A stretch of DNA of 63,663 bases, filler included, from Octopus bimaculoides (GCF_001194135.2; 5 parts of 4 records of this genome joined end to end with filler, not necessarily neighbours in it), one strand, 5' to 3'. Positions 40,554 through 51,900 are shown, numbered from the whole stretch's first letter. A program made the numbers and translations. The notes: generated by a model not told the origin, from the letters alone.

Positions 40554-40717
40554 AGCTGAAAGAGAAAATGAGAATGTAAGAGAAAGTGCAGCATAGTATT
40601 CGAGAGAAGGTGAGGAATAGACGAAAGGACTAGTTCCAAAAATGGCTGTAAAGAATTTATTAGAAGGTTAAACAAATGAAGGGGTTGCGGCAGTGTAAGC
40701 TTTGAATGCATTGTCTG

Positions 40718-40804
40718 ATATTGTTAATGGTTCGCTCAATATTGTTGACGGTTCGCTCAATATTGTTGATGGTTCGCTCAATATTGATGATGGTTCGCTC
40801 AATA
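40718..40804. repeat. 21-bp tandem repeat x4
   Basis: Unit ATATTGTTGATGGTTCGCTCA, with 0-1 substitutions per copy. Confidence 0.95.
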
Positions 40805-42536
40805 ATTGTAAACTCTGGACGCGTCATAACGGCCAAACAAGTTTGGTACATGTTTCAAGTCCTTTCGTTACAATTTTTGAAGACCTTCAAGGCTGATGAG
40901 ATTACTGCTGTAAATAAGGATTCAGCCTAGTCATTATGTACACTCACTGATTATACAACTTTCTTTAAAATACCACACAATATTTCATTGAAATATAATT
41001 TAGTTTCGTTAATAAATTTCATAATCTTTTTAACATGATTTAGTGCGAAGACGAATGGCAGCTACTTCATCTTTTCCAGGTCACCAAGACTGATAGGAGA
41101 AAGTTATCTCCCATACAAGAAACGTGATCCCGATATTTGTAGCAGAGTCCAAGAGCCATTTGATAGTGTTATACTGGGAAGGATTAAGTCTAGCACCCAA
41201 TAACAAGAACTGTGATTCCGACAGGTTTCAACAGTTTCCATCGACTAAATTTCACTTAAATTCTTGCGCACTGGGATCGGATCTTAAGCAATAGAGTCAT
41301 GAAACAAATTTCTTAACTACATGGCCATGTTTGCACCACATACAAACTAATAAAATATTCGAGAGACAGTCATAGTGTATTGTCGTCTTTACTACAGTAG
41401 TGAACTTTTATATTCACGTGGTACTTGTATATTCACAGTAAATTTAGCATGTATGTATTTGAAACTTGATGTTTGAAACTTCATTCGGTAGTATCGTATC
41501 GAATAAGGTTACTGCGAATGCTCATACCCACACAGAATACAGTTGTTAACTCAATAGGAAGGTAAAAACAGTCATAGTGTTTTAAAATGCGTGATCAATG
41601 AAGTAAGCGTTATTGCACAAAAAAAAAAAAAAAAAAAAAGGAAAGAAGGTATCGAAAACCTTCCAAATAATTACTAAAATGCTTTAAAAAAAACATTAGT
41701 ATTAGATGCAGAATAGTGTGAAGAAGAAACTCTCCGGAACCGAATCCCCATGACAAATTTGATTCCTAATACCAATTTCTTAACCTTGAGATATACATGA
41801 ATGTCATACCATCTGTTATGATTTGAGTCTAAAGTACAAAACTATTATCACAATGTCAATAAAAGAAGTAGAGTGTGGAATCCAAGCTAGTAACTGACTT
41901 TCTCCTAAAACTCTGCGTCTGTTTGTGTATCAGTAATTTTCATGGTGATTGTGGTAGTGGTAGTGGCGGTGGCGGCAGTGGTGGTGGTAGTGTTCATTCA
42001 GGCCAGCCTAGATCGAACAGGCCTATGATCAAAAGCATTTCAACCATGACCATTCTCCCTACCCACTTTTTCATGTATATGTAGAACATAACTATTCCAT
42101 GTATCCTTTCTCTCTTAAGATGATGCGGTGTAGTTTTAGGGTGTTTGGCAGTTACTTCTAGCAGGTAGAGTGACTGCTTTGCTCTAATATATCTATATTG
42201 TAGCTACTTAGAACTATTAGAAATATAAAATGGAACTCAACAATAAACAGGTATTGTATACATTTCAATCTCAAAACGACTGTTCTGGGATTTTAACAAG
42301 CTTTGCCGCTCTTTTTCGTATTTTTTAATCTTTTTATGTCTAGGCTTTCCGATATCTTGTGTTTAACAGTTATATATATGGTATGATTAAATTTTTGCAT
42401 TGGCGAATTTTGGTAATTTTATGTAGAAAAAGGAAATCAGTTACTATCCATTTTATTCGAAATCGAAGGGAAATATCTACAGTATTTCAACATTTTATTC
42501 GTTATATACTTGAAATATATACATTTTTTAACCGTT

Positions 42537-42823
42537 TAACTCATTTGGTTTGCTTTAGCTTCTGATCTTTTAAACAAAACCTCAGCTTGTTTGTTCGTCC
42601 ATAAGATGATGATATCAAGCGACGTCATGATTTGTGCGTTTAGGAGTGTATCAAGTGTGGGTGATGGAGAGTAGAGTTGTGTAACATTTGTTCCACGTTC
42701 TCCATTTAGACCTGCCATAATCTAGATACATCAAGAGAGGTGGAGGTAAATCTAGATGTTGGGATGATCAAAGCTTCTATAGCGTTTCGTCGTGGTTTTA
42801 ACATTCTACAACTGAAACTGCTA
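42537..42823 (-). mobile_element. Short retro-insertion with 11-bp TSD, possible Penelope-like 3' end
   Basis: TTTTAACCGTT occurs at 42526-42536 and 42824-42834. The minus frame RRNAIEALII..SLDVSRLW resembles GIY-YIG C-termini. Confidence 0.45.
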
Positions 42824-43244
42824 TTTTAACCGTTATTCTTGCGCACTCATTCCACTAGTGTCAACAATTTCACATGCTCAGTGACAGATGCCCGAGTTCA
42901 CCAAGGGTTCTCAAGTCTTTACCTTGTTCATTCCCCCTATCAAAGTAGTGAGCCGGGGTGTATTGACTGCGCTGCAGCTTGTTTGGGTTACAGGAGAGAG
43001 TTAGGTACCAAGCAGAGACTAAAGGGGAAAACTTTCTTTGAGAGAACACAGCAAATGTTGTGTTTCTTCAGAGGTGCTACCTCTCGTTGAACACTCCATG
43101 CATTCCTAAATAGCACCCATATCCATTTACAATTGCTGAGTATTTCAGGTAAAGACCTAGCTAAGATTCATTGTAGAAACTTGTACATTTCATATTTCTG
43201 ACATTAAATTCTTTCTGGAAATTTTATCTCTTTTGTCCTTTCAG

Positions 43245-43249
43245 ATTTG
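43245..43249 (+). other. Candidate 5-nt microexon ATTTG
   Basis: CTGAC branch-like site near 43198, no AG in between, tract CTCTTTTGTCCTTTCAG, and donor TTG|GTAATA. Confidence 0.2.
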
Positions 43250-43307
43250 GTAATATATGTATAGTACTATTTTGTCTGTCTTTACGTTCTGAGTTCATGT
43301 ATAGTAC

Positions 43308-43571
43308 AAGGCGGCGAGCTAACAGAATCGTGTATTGCTTCGGCATTACATATACTAAAATTGGAGCTAACAGAATCGTTAGCACGTCGAGAAAAAATGC
43401 TTAGCGGCATTTCACCTGTCTTTATGTTCTGAGTTCAAATTCCGCCTAAGGTCTACTTTGTCTTTCTTCCTTTCAGGGTCGATAAAATAAGTACCAGTTG
43501 AGTACTGGGGTTAATGTAATCGACTTACCCCTTCTCTTGAAATTGCTGGCCTTGTGCCAAAATTTGAAACG
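43308..43571 (+). mobile_element. SINE family B, full-length, carrying a nested U6 fragment
   Basis: Runs from AAGGCGGCGAGCT to AATTTGAAACG. Flanked by AATATATGTATAGT (43252-43265) and AATATATGAATAGT (43572-43585). Confidence 0.9.
43332..43365 (+). pseudogene. RNU6: 3'-truncated U6 snRNA retro-fragment (about nt 1-35)
   Basis: GTATTGCTTCGGCATTACATATACTAAAATTGGA retains the U6 5' stem-loop (TGC-TTCG-GCA) and the conserved ACATATACTAAAATTGGA. A perfect 16-bp TSD GAGCTAACAGAATCGT lies at 43316-43331 and 43364-43379. Confidence 0.85.
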
Positions 43572-44782
43572 AATATATGAATAGTGTTGCACTAAATTTT
43601 GATAAAAATTAACTATCCATTCTTTTATTTTCATAGTAAAATTAGAATTGTATTTTAACCTTGAAAATTCTTTAAAAAAATTTTAATGAAGAAATTTAAT
43701 CCCAATTATTTTCCGGGTAAGTGAAATCCTGGAGCTGACATAATATCGGTTAAAATATCATTCTATAATTTTCAATGAAAATAATTTTTCAATTAATCGT
43801 AATCTATCGTAGCTAATTTACCATATCTTAGATTCAACAGTTTGCCTTAGGAGAAACGTATAGTAAAATAGATGAAAAATATTTCCCTGGGAATAATCTG
43901 TAATAGACCTTCATTATGGTCTATTACAAATTATTCCCAGTATATTACAGTATTGTGATAGGCCAGCAGTAGATCAGTAATATGGTAGATCAGTATACGG
44001 TAGATCAGTATTATGGTAAATTTGCATAACAGGCCAACATAATGCCGCTCTAATACAGATTAACGTAACAATTATATAGCCTAGTACATTATTTCTGAGA
44101 AGCAATAACAAGTAGAGTTAGTTATTGGAACAAAAAAAGGTATTACATGTAATATTATTTAAATCTGTGATCAAATCTTGCGATTGGTTGTGTTTCGACG
44201 TAGTTACACGAACTGCTAAAAGTGACTGCCACATTTCTTTCAAATCAAATTCTACTTTCCTACAACTATAAGAATACACTAAATAATTTTGTCCAAGATA
44301 TTGTATGTAGGAATATAAATCAAAATGGTCACTAATGGAACGCTTTTGATCATAGTTCTCAATCAGTTGCATCCAAATGATTCAGTGACGTAAGAGGAGA
44401 AATAAACTTAATAGTTATGTTGTCAATAAAACTTGAAATTATTACTATTTGTCTCAAGCTCTGCTATTAATCACACTTCTACATTATCTCAGTACTTCAT
44501 CTTTGCTATACTGTATATAAACAGAGTGTAGTGTCATTTAAACATATATAACCAGAGATAGGTTTGAATTGTCTAATACTGTATACGTATTCGTATCTAA
44601 ATTTTTTGTATGTTTGGTGATAGTTTTCTTTTATTTGTGTGGTGTGTGTGTGTGTGCGTGTGTGTGTGTGTGTGTGTGCGTGCGTGTGTGTGTGTGCGTG
44701 TGTGCGTGCGTATGTGTGTGTGTATGTGTGTGTGTGTGNNNNNNNNNNNNNNNNNNNNNNNNNNNNNNNNNNNNNNNNNNNN

Positions 44783-44794
44783 TTAATTAATTAA
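44783..44794. other. Artificial scaffold linker
   Basis: 44 N + TTAATTAATTAA + 44 N. Confidence 0.95.
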
Positions 44795-44857
44795 NNNNNN
44801 NNNNNNNNNNNNNNNNNNNNNNNNNNNNNNNNNNNNNNTGGTTCGAAATTTCCCCAA

Positions 44858-44903
44858 GACACCTGATAAAGGCTGGAGGGTATATCAGCCGAAACGTTGT
44901 GTT
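44858..44903 (+). ncRNA. Minimal type-I hammerhead ribozyme motif (G8A variant) in a Penelope-type terminal repeat
   Basis: GACAC-CTGATAA-A-GGCTG-GAGGGTATAT-CAGCC-GAAA-CG-T-T-GTGTT gives a 5-bp stem I, a 5-bp stem II and a palindromic ACGU helix III. Confidence 0.65.
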
Positions 44904-44940
44904 AACAACAAACAAGATGAGGACAAATATCCGTCGAATG

Positions 44941-45212
44941 TGTGGTGTGTGCGTACGAGTAGATGTAATCGCCTTACCTCGGTTTTCCTTTCGTCGACTG
45001 CGAGTCTGTCTTGCGGTATCCAATCCTTGAAGCTTGCCCCGACCCAAAGAACACCAGGAATAGCAGCTGCTTCTCCCAAACCTAGACCGTCACTAGACAC
45101 GTCTTGTCCTATCCGCGACCCCGTTCGAAAAAGGGCACGAATCCCGATCGAGGCTCCCTCTGCCCTTTTTTCTCTTCCGGTCAGCCTCCCCAGACACTGA
45201 CGTCATACCACA
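44941..45212. mobile_element. Solo LTR (272 bp)
   Basis: TG...CA termini with an 8/9 inverted repeat (TGTGGTGTG/CATACCACA). 5-bp TSD GAATG at 44936-44940 and 45213-45217. GC-rich relative to the flanks. Confidence 0.7.
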
Positions 45213-45838
45213 GAATGTAAATAATGTACATAATGAAACAATGTTGTAATGACTCATACAAATATATGCAAATATATTAACCATCGCAACAAAGATTGAC
45301 ACAAAACTATGAAATTACAACCAAACATGATGTTTGACGAAAAACCAGGTTATATATCTCGTCTACCTGCCTGTGGTGTAATATATATCAGCTCTAAATT
45401 CTGTGCTAAATGTATTTAATCCTGCCCTATGCTCAACACTCCGCTGTCGCAACTATTGAGCTTATAGATGTTCGAAGCTGCCAACAAGCTCTCCCTCTTC
45501 GTCGTTCCAAGAGACGTTCAATGCATTATTGAACTTCAACAGTTTCCTTTGGCTGCAGAAGATAAAATATAGGGAACATAATGTAGGATCACAAAGAAAG
45601 ATTGGATGATAAACACGACAGACTTTGCACCGTGCTTTAAGCAAAACTATATCATTATCCAGTGAGTCAAAAACATAAAAGCTGTTGATATCTTTGTGTT
45701 AAAGTCTGTAGACCACCTCTCCGCATCAGATGAAACTGATTTGAATCTGGCTGAGTTTGAGGAATTTGAAGTAAACAGCCACGCTAAAAGACACGGCACA
45801 CTACCTCGTTATGAATTCGAACACATGCACTAATATGT

Positions 45839-46225
45839 TGTTGTTGTTGGCACCCTGTCGCTTACGACGTCGAGGGTTCCAGTTGATCCGATCAACGGAA
45901 CAGCCTGCACGTAAAATTAACGTGCAAGTGGCTGAGCACTCCAAGACACGTGTACCCTTAATGTAGTTCTCGGGGATATTCAGTGTGATACAGTGTGACA
46001 AGGCTGACCCTTTGAATTACAGGCACAACAGAAACAGGAAGTAAGAGCGAGAGAAAGTTGTGGTGAAAGAGTACAGCGGGGTTCGCCACCATCCCCTGCC
46101 GGAGCCTCGTGGAGCTTTAGGTGTTTTCGCTCAATAAACACTCACAACGCCCGGTCTGGGAATCGAAACCGCGATCCTATGACCGCGAGTCCGCTGCCCT
46201 AACCACTGGGCCAATGAGCCTCCAC
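45839..46225 (-). mobile_element. SINE family C, full-length with TSD
   Basis: tRNA-like A box TGGCCCAGTGG, B box GTTTCGATTCC, (CAA)n tail, and 13-bp TSD TGCACTAATATGT at 45826-45838 and 46226-46238. Confidence 0.9.
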
Positions 46226-46509
46226 TGCACTAATATGTACACAGACTAATAGATCATTAAGTCATAATCTCTTCGTATGATGCTATTCAAAATTCTTCAA
46301 AAATAGAAAAATACACGTATGTGTGATTTAACTGTTAATAGGTTATATTAAATAAATCTCATGAAAATCTGGAACATTATATTTGGAAAATAAATATGAA
46401 CAGAGCCATCAGGGGAGTCTACATGCCATGGCCAGAGAATTAAAGCAATTAAAGTCAGTTCTTTCTCTGATTATGTTTCTTGATTACACATCTTGATTAC
46501 ACTATTAAA

Positions 46510-46668
46510 TTCTTCTTCTTCTTCTTCTTCTTCTTCTTCTTCTTCTTCTTCTTCTTCTTCTTCTTCTTCTTCTTCTTCTTCTTCTTCTTCTTCTTCTTCT
46601 TCTTCTTCTTCTTCTTCTTCTTCTTCTTCTTCTTCTTCTTCTTCTTCTTCTTCTTCTTCTTCTTCTTC
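46510..46668. repeat. Pure (TTC)n, about 53 units
   Basis: Read directly from the sequence. Confidence 0.95.
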
Positions 46669-47229
46669 TAAGTTTACTGGCGTTGTCGATGCTTGACATC
46701 TACTGATGCAATTCCCATACAACTGTACCAGTCACTGAGTCGGTCATTTGATAGTCAGTTGTTAAGGCCATTGATTATTTCCTGTCGATCTATTTTATAT
46801 AGATTCTTCTTCATTTCAGTTTTCCACTCGTCAATCAAATATTGAAATCTTTGTCTTCTTTTATGTCCAATGAATTCCGGGTGTTGTTGCTTCACTAAAT
46901 TGTTTAAATATTTTCTTTTATTTCGATCCTCCAAACCCAAGCAGTCTTAAAATGCACCGATAAAATATCCCAATCGTAAAATACTTACATAAGTCTAATT
47001 TATTCACTCGGATTAAGTTATGTTGATGATTTCTAATAAGAATGAAATGGTGCCATTTGCTAACATCCATAGCTAGAAATTTCAAAATCTTTGTAATGAG
47101 TTTACAAATAATGGTGTTAATGAGGTTGGAACCAAATGGGATAGCTTTTAATCCGGAAGGTGCTCGGTGGTTGAGCAGTGCACACCCGGTCATCATCGAG
47201 AAGCAGAAAAGAAGGTGCGATAATGAAGC

Positions 47230-47830
47230 AATCGATAACTGAATGCTGAATCAGGAGTGAACCCAGCAGAAGTGGATTCCGACAACGAATGAAAGCAAAA
47301 TGGGATGAGATAGGACTCTTCGAAACAAGTGAACAACGGTTAGCCGACTAGGCAAGAGCAGTAAGAGCAAAAGGTTGGTTAACAGACACGGAAATAGAAG
47401 AAGTAAAAAGGAAAGTAGAGAATAGAAATAATACTTCACGAACAGATAACGTATCCAGTGAGGACAGAAAAATGAAAGGCCGCAGTGAAGACGTAGAGCA
47501 AAGGGTAAATGTAAATACATTCACAGCAAATGAAGCAGAAGTAATAGGAAGAGCTATATCACAAGAATACGATGATGACCAACAAGACATAGAAGACCAG
47601 GATCAAAAACCTCCCAGTCGGGGGCACATTGATTGATGCAAACTCAAAGTTGAAGCTGAAAAGATACATTCGGTTCTTGGGCTACTCCAGACAAGAAATA
47701 TAACTGAAACTAGCAACATTATTTGGGCTGCATTTATGGTTGCTGCGGATTGAGTTGGATATAAAAGAAAAGAACAAACAAAACGTAAAGAACCATACTG
47801 GCGTAGACGAATTTGTCAAACTTAGGAATA
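47230..47830 (+). mobile_element. R4/Dong-like LINE N-terminal region remnant
   Basis: Reads FETSEQRLAD*ARAVRAKGWLTDTEIEEVKRK...EPYWRRR, typical of the N-terminal region of these ORFs. Confidence 0.65.
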
Positions 47831-48394
47831 AGCAAGTTTCTGGAGGGTCAAACTTAGGAATAGGCAAGTTTCTCCGCTCTGATGCATCAACAGTAGAGTG
47901 GATGAAACCCTTGCCCATATCACGAACGAATGCCTCACCTGACCGCTATCAATGTCGCTGTTTCTTCGTATTTTCAGTTCTTTAAGCTAAATGATTGCGA
48001 CTTTGTTCTTACTCGTGTAGCACATTCAGTGTTATCATATATTTTCTCGGTGCTCTCAAATGGACAAAGCTGCTAAATGGAACCATGTATTATGTGACTA
48101 CTATTTCTTGCATAGCTTGCATATGTATTTTGATGGCACCGTTACATGTCGATTCCTGTCAAATCTTTCCTAACCACCTGTCCAAATTATGATAGAAAAC
48201 TATCTTCAGGACACGGCTCCACGTCGTTTGAAATTTCTCTTAGAGTCATACCAAATCTCGCTATACTGTCTCCCAAGCAAGTAAATAGATTTTATTGCCT
48301 GTAACATTGGCTATCCTCCCATATCCAAACCACCACATTATTTTGGTATAGCACTATCTCAATAAGGCAAATGTTTCTTCTTTTTTTCTTCCAG

Positions 48395-48401
48395 AACGCT
48401 G
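48395..48401 (+). other. Candidate 7-nt microexon AACGCTG
   Basis: CTCAAT branch-like site, a near-pure pyrimidine tract TTTCTTCTTTTTTTCTTCCAG, and a strong donor CTG|GTGAGC. Frame-compatible with the 60261 exon. Confidence 0.35.
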
Positions 48402-48751
48402 GTGAGCGGATTTTGGAATTCTATAATTTGATCTTTATATAACTTCATGATTTTATGATATCACCTGCGTTTTATTATAATCGTCACGACGAATTTAATA
48501 TTCAGCACCTTGTAATTTACATAACTTTGATGGTTGGTAATTAAAACCGTTCTATTTTTGCAATTTCTATCTTATAAACTATATTGAATGCAGTAATAAA
48601 AATACAATATTTATACTCTTGCGTTTCCTGCCTTCCTTTTTATGATAACCGTGCACATCAGTATATCGGTATATTTCACTTATTGAATCTGTGCGCATCA
48701 TTACTGCAGTAATGTTTGCATTCCTATATCAATAATGCATGCAGTAAATAG

Positions 48752-48885
48752 TTTGCTTCCTAACCACACGATTCCGGTTTAGTTTCGTTGCATGGCAACT
48801 TGGACAAGTGCATTTTATTAAAGACCTACGCAAACCAAAGACTTGTGAGTGGATTTGGTCGACGGAAACTGAAAAATCCCAAGAT
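48752..48885 (+). mobile_element. SINE family A, degenerate head
   Basis: Contains CTTGTGAGTGGATTTGGTCGACGGAAACTGAAA. Confidence 0.7.
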
Positions 48886-49144
48886 ATATATATATATATA
48901 TATATANNNNNNNNNNNNNNNNNNNNNNNNNNNNNNNNNNNNNNNNNNNNNNNNNNNNNNNNNNNNNNNNNNNNNNNNNNNNNNNNNNNNNNNNNNNNNN
49001 NNNNNNNNNNNNNNNNNNNNNNNNNNNNNNNNNNNNNNNNNNNNNNNNNNNNNNNNNNNNNNNNNNNNNNNNNNNNNNNNNNNNNNNNNNNNNNNNNNNN
49101 NNNNNNNNNNNNNNNNNNNNNNNNNNNNNNNNNNNNNNNNNNNN

Positions 49145-49228
<84 letters not shown>

Positions 49229-49541
49229 CGGGTTTTTGTATTGGTCTTTGTTTCGCATTAGCACTTCCACTTGATGATCGGAGTTGGTTTGTTTACGTCT
49301 TCGTAACTTACCGTTTCTTTAAACAATTTTCCATGATTAAAAAATAAATACTGGGGGTCCATTGGTTCGACTGAAAGAATATGCATACCTACACACAACC
49401 ACGCACATACACAGACATACACATGCACATGCGCGCAAACACACGTGCGCACATGTATATACATACATATATGTAGTTCAAGACATATATAAGAAAAGCA
49501 AGCAAGTGTATTAGTTTGGCGTTTGGGGAAAAATGGAAAAG

Positions 49542-49579
49542 TCTTCTACGTTTCGAGGCTATGCTCTTCGAGAGAAAGA
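49542..49579 (-). ncRNA. Hammerhead-like fold with aberrant core (CUCUCGA)
   Basis: Minus strand reads TCTTT-CTCTCGA-A-GAGC-ATAG-CCTC-GAAA-CG-T-A-GAAGA, the same architecture as the 44858 motif. Confidence 0.4.
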
Positions 49580-49886
49580 AATAAGAGTAAGTGAATAGAG
49601 AGAGAATTAAAAAAAACGTGCTGAGTCCTACATGGCGAATATATATATATATATATATATAATTCGTATATACACATTTCTATATTTCTTGTACTTCTCT
49701 ATTAGTATTTTTTTTTATCTTTGCTTGCATTCAATTCTCAGAATACTGTATTGTACAATTCCTCTATGTGTACATGTGGTAACAAAAACATTTGTATAAT
49801 GTCGCGATATTGCATCTTTCATTATACTGTTGCATAAAATGTATATGTAGTAGAGAGAGAGAGAGAGAGAGAAAGAAAGAGAGAGC

Positions 49887-49959
<73 letters not shown>

Positions 49960-51359
49960 GGAACAATCGACCAAAAACAAGATTAATAAACATATATACA
50001 TGGTGAAACTTCATTTGTAAGTGATGCTATGTATACAGAATTATATTGCAAAAATGTAGATATATATAACATTTACAGCTGCTTCAGAATTTGGCAACTG
50101 GTTGGTATTCTTATGCATATTATTTAAACAGGCGTACAAAATGAGGCAATAATTATACACAGAAAATAAGCAAAGTAATTGCCGACTCGCGTTGAGTATG
50201 TTCGGTTAACATTTTACAACCTTGAAAAGCTCGAAGGCTGATTGGCAAATGCGAATTTCATTGTAGCATTCCATCCATTTATGATAATACACACATATCA
50301 ATAAAAGGACGGAAGGAGAGGGGGTAATTTCTAATGAAGAGTGGAATACGAGGAAAGGGAGAATAAAATTTGAAATCAAGAGCATAAATATGTTACTAAA
50401 AAGCGAGCGTGGGGAAGGTGGGGAAATATTTGTATAGCGAAAAATGCCAAAGGAACAAAGAAAATGAAAAAGAAAGTAACGAATAAAAAAGAAAGGAAAG
50501 TGACATTCTGTCGGTCTGTGAAGCTTGATTTTCCAGGAAGGTCTTAAATCTAACATTGCCGAATGTAGAATAGAGAAGGAAGATCAAAGAGAATCTGTTG
50601 AAATAAAAGAGGAAATGACAAATGGAGAGCTCTACTGTGTAAAACAGGCCGAATAACTTCTTGGTGACCTGAATTAGTGGAAGTGTGCAAACCTGTAGAT
50701 GAAAACGGAGTCGGTAGAAATATATTAGGAATTACAAAATAAATATGTAATTACACAAGAACGCATTATGAAAACAAAGAATGAAAAACTTGAAAAGTTC
50801 CTTTCAAATTTTTGTATGATATCTAGGCCATGTAAATAGATATAAACAGAAAGAAGTGGAATACACTAACGGGAATGGGGCAATATGAGATCAGAATACA
50901 CGATTATAGTTATGGAAGTTAATTGAACCATATCCATCCAGATCACAAAGAAAACGTTTGGTAGCAGTTATGTTTGCCGAACGTTATATTTATGTTAGGG
51001 TATTTTATAAGAACATCCTTGCTCGCGTTATATTTGAAAAGATTTTCTGCTACACGAATTGTATGCAGTGAGTCTACCTTGATACGGTTTTCAATTCTTA
51101 ATAATAGAACAGGGACATGGTATGAAACATTTTATTGGACTTGACATGACGGATATAATTGCTAGGGGTGTAGAGAACGAACAAGCATGTGCCAAGCAGC
51201 GTCTCTTAAAATCACTACAAGTTCGTATGTGTCATTTGATCTAATTATATATATATAAAGTTTTAGTTCAAGGATTGCGGCCATGTTCGGTCACCGCTGT
51301 TTACTTTGCTAAACTTTCACTAAACCTCCACTTATATGTGACATTTGGTGGATGAGGGA

Positions 51360-51900
51360 TTTCGACGTTGCTGCCTTCATCTGTGATTCTTGCCTAGAGG
51401 TAGGTTCATCCGGAACTCTTGACAAGGGGATCTAGTTTCGAAAAAGCCTACATCCACGCCATACATATCTCGCCGGCTTTCTGGGTGGATATTAAAGAGC
51501 TGTGAGCGTTTGAAGCCAAAATTGTTGCAGTATCTGGTCCTATATCCTGATGGTAATGTTGAGACCCTGGGTAACATGTAGCACCCAGTCATACTGTTTG
51601 TGTAAATAAAAATGGCAAAATTTGGAACGGGATTTTCTAAGATTTTCCAGATGTATATTACTGCATGTCTTTCCAGTCTTCACCCCAGTAAGTAGTCTTA
51701 ACTTTTCAGTTTCTTCCCGTAGCTGATATGTCACATTGTATCGATCTTCCTTGTGTAGCTTCGCTGGATCGCCTCGAGTTCCGTCGTTGATATTACAGTG
51801 TCTGGTGATCACAGTTGGGAGCAGTAGTCCAATCGGCTGAGAACGAAAGTCCTCCAAAGGACCATCGTGGTTTCCTTTTCTTGTGTTTTGAAAGTTAGAA
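51360..51900 (-). mobile_element. CR1/L2-like LINE 3' fragment, same family as the 2955 copy
   Basis: TRYCNNFGFKRSQLFNIHPESRRDMYGVDV parallels THYCNSLSFKTPQLFNILPGNLRDLHGVDM. Confidence 0.7.

Noticed and set aside
45462-45644. ORF containing VSWNDEEGELV with a minus-strand acceptor
   Set aside because: It terminates after about 30 codons past the acceptor, and I could not assign a family with any confidence.
46150-46225. tRNA gene
   Set aside because: A/B boxes are present but continue into a SINE body with a tail and TSD. The same applies to the family A and B heads.
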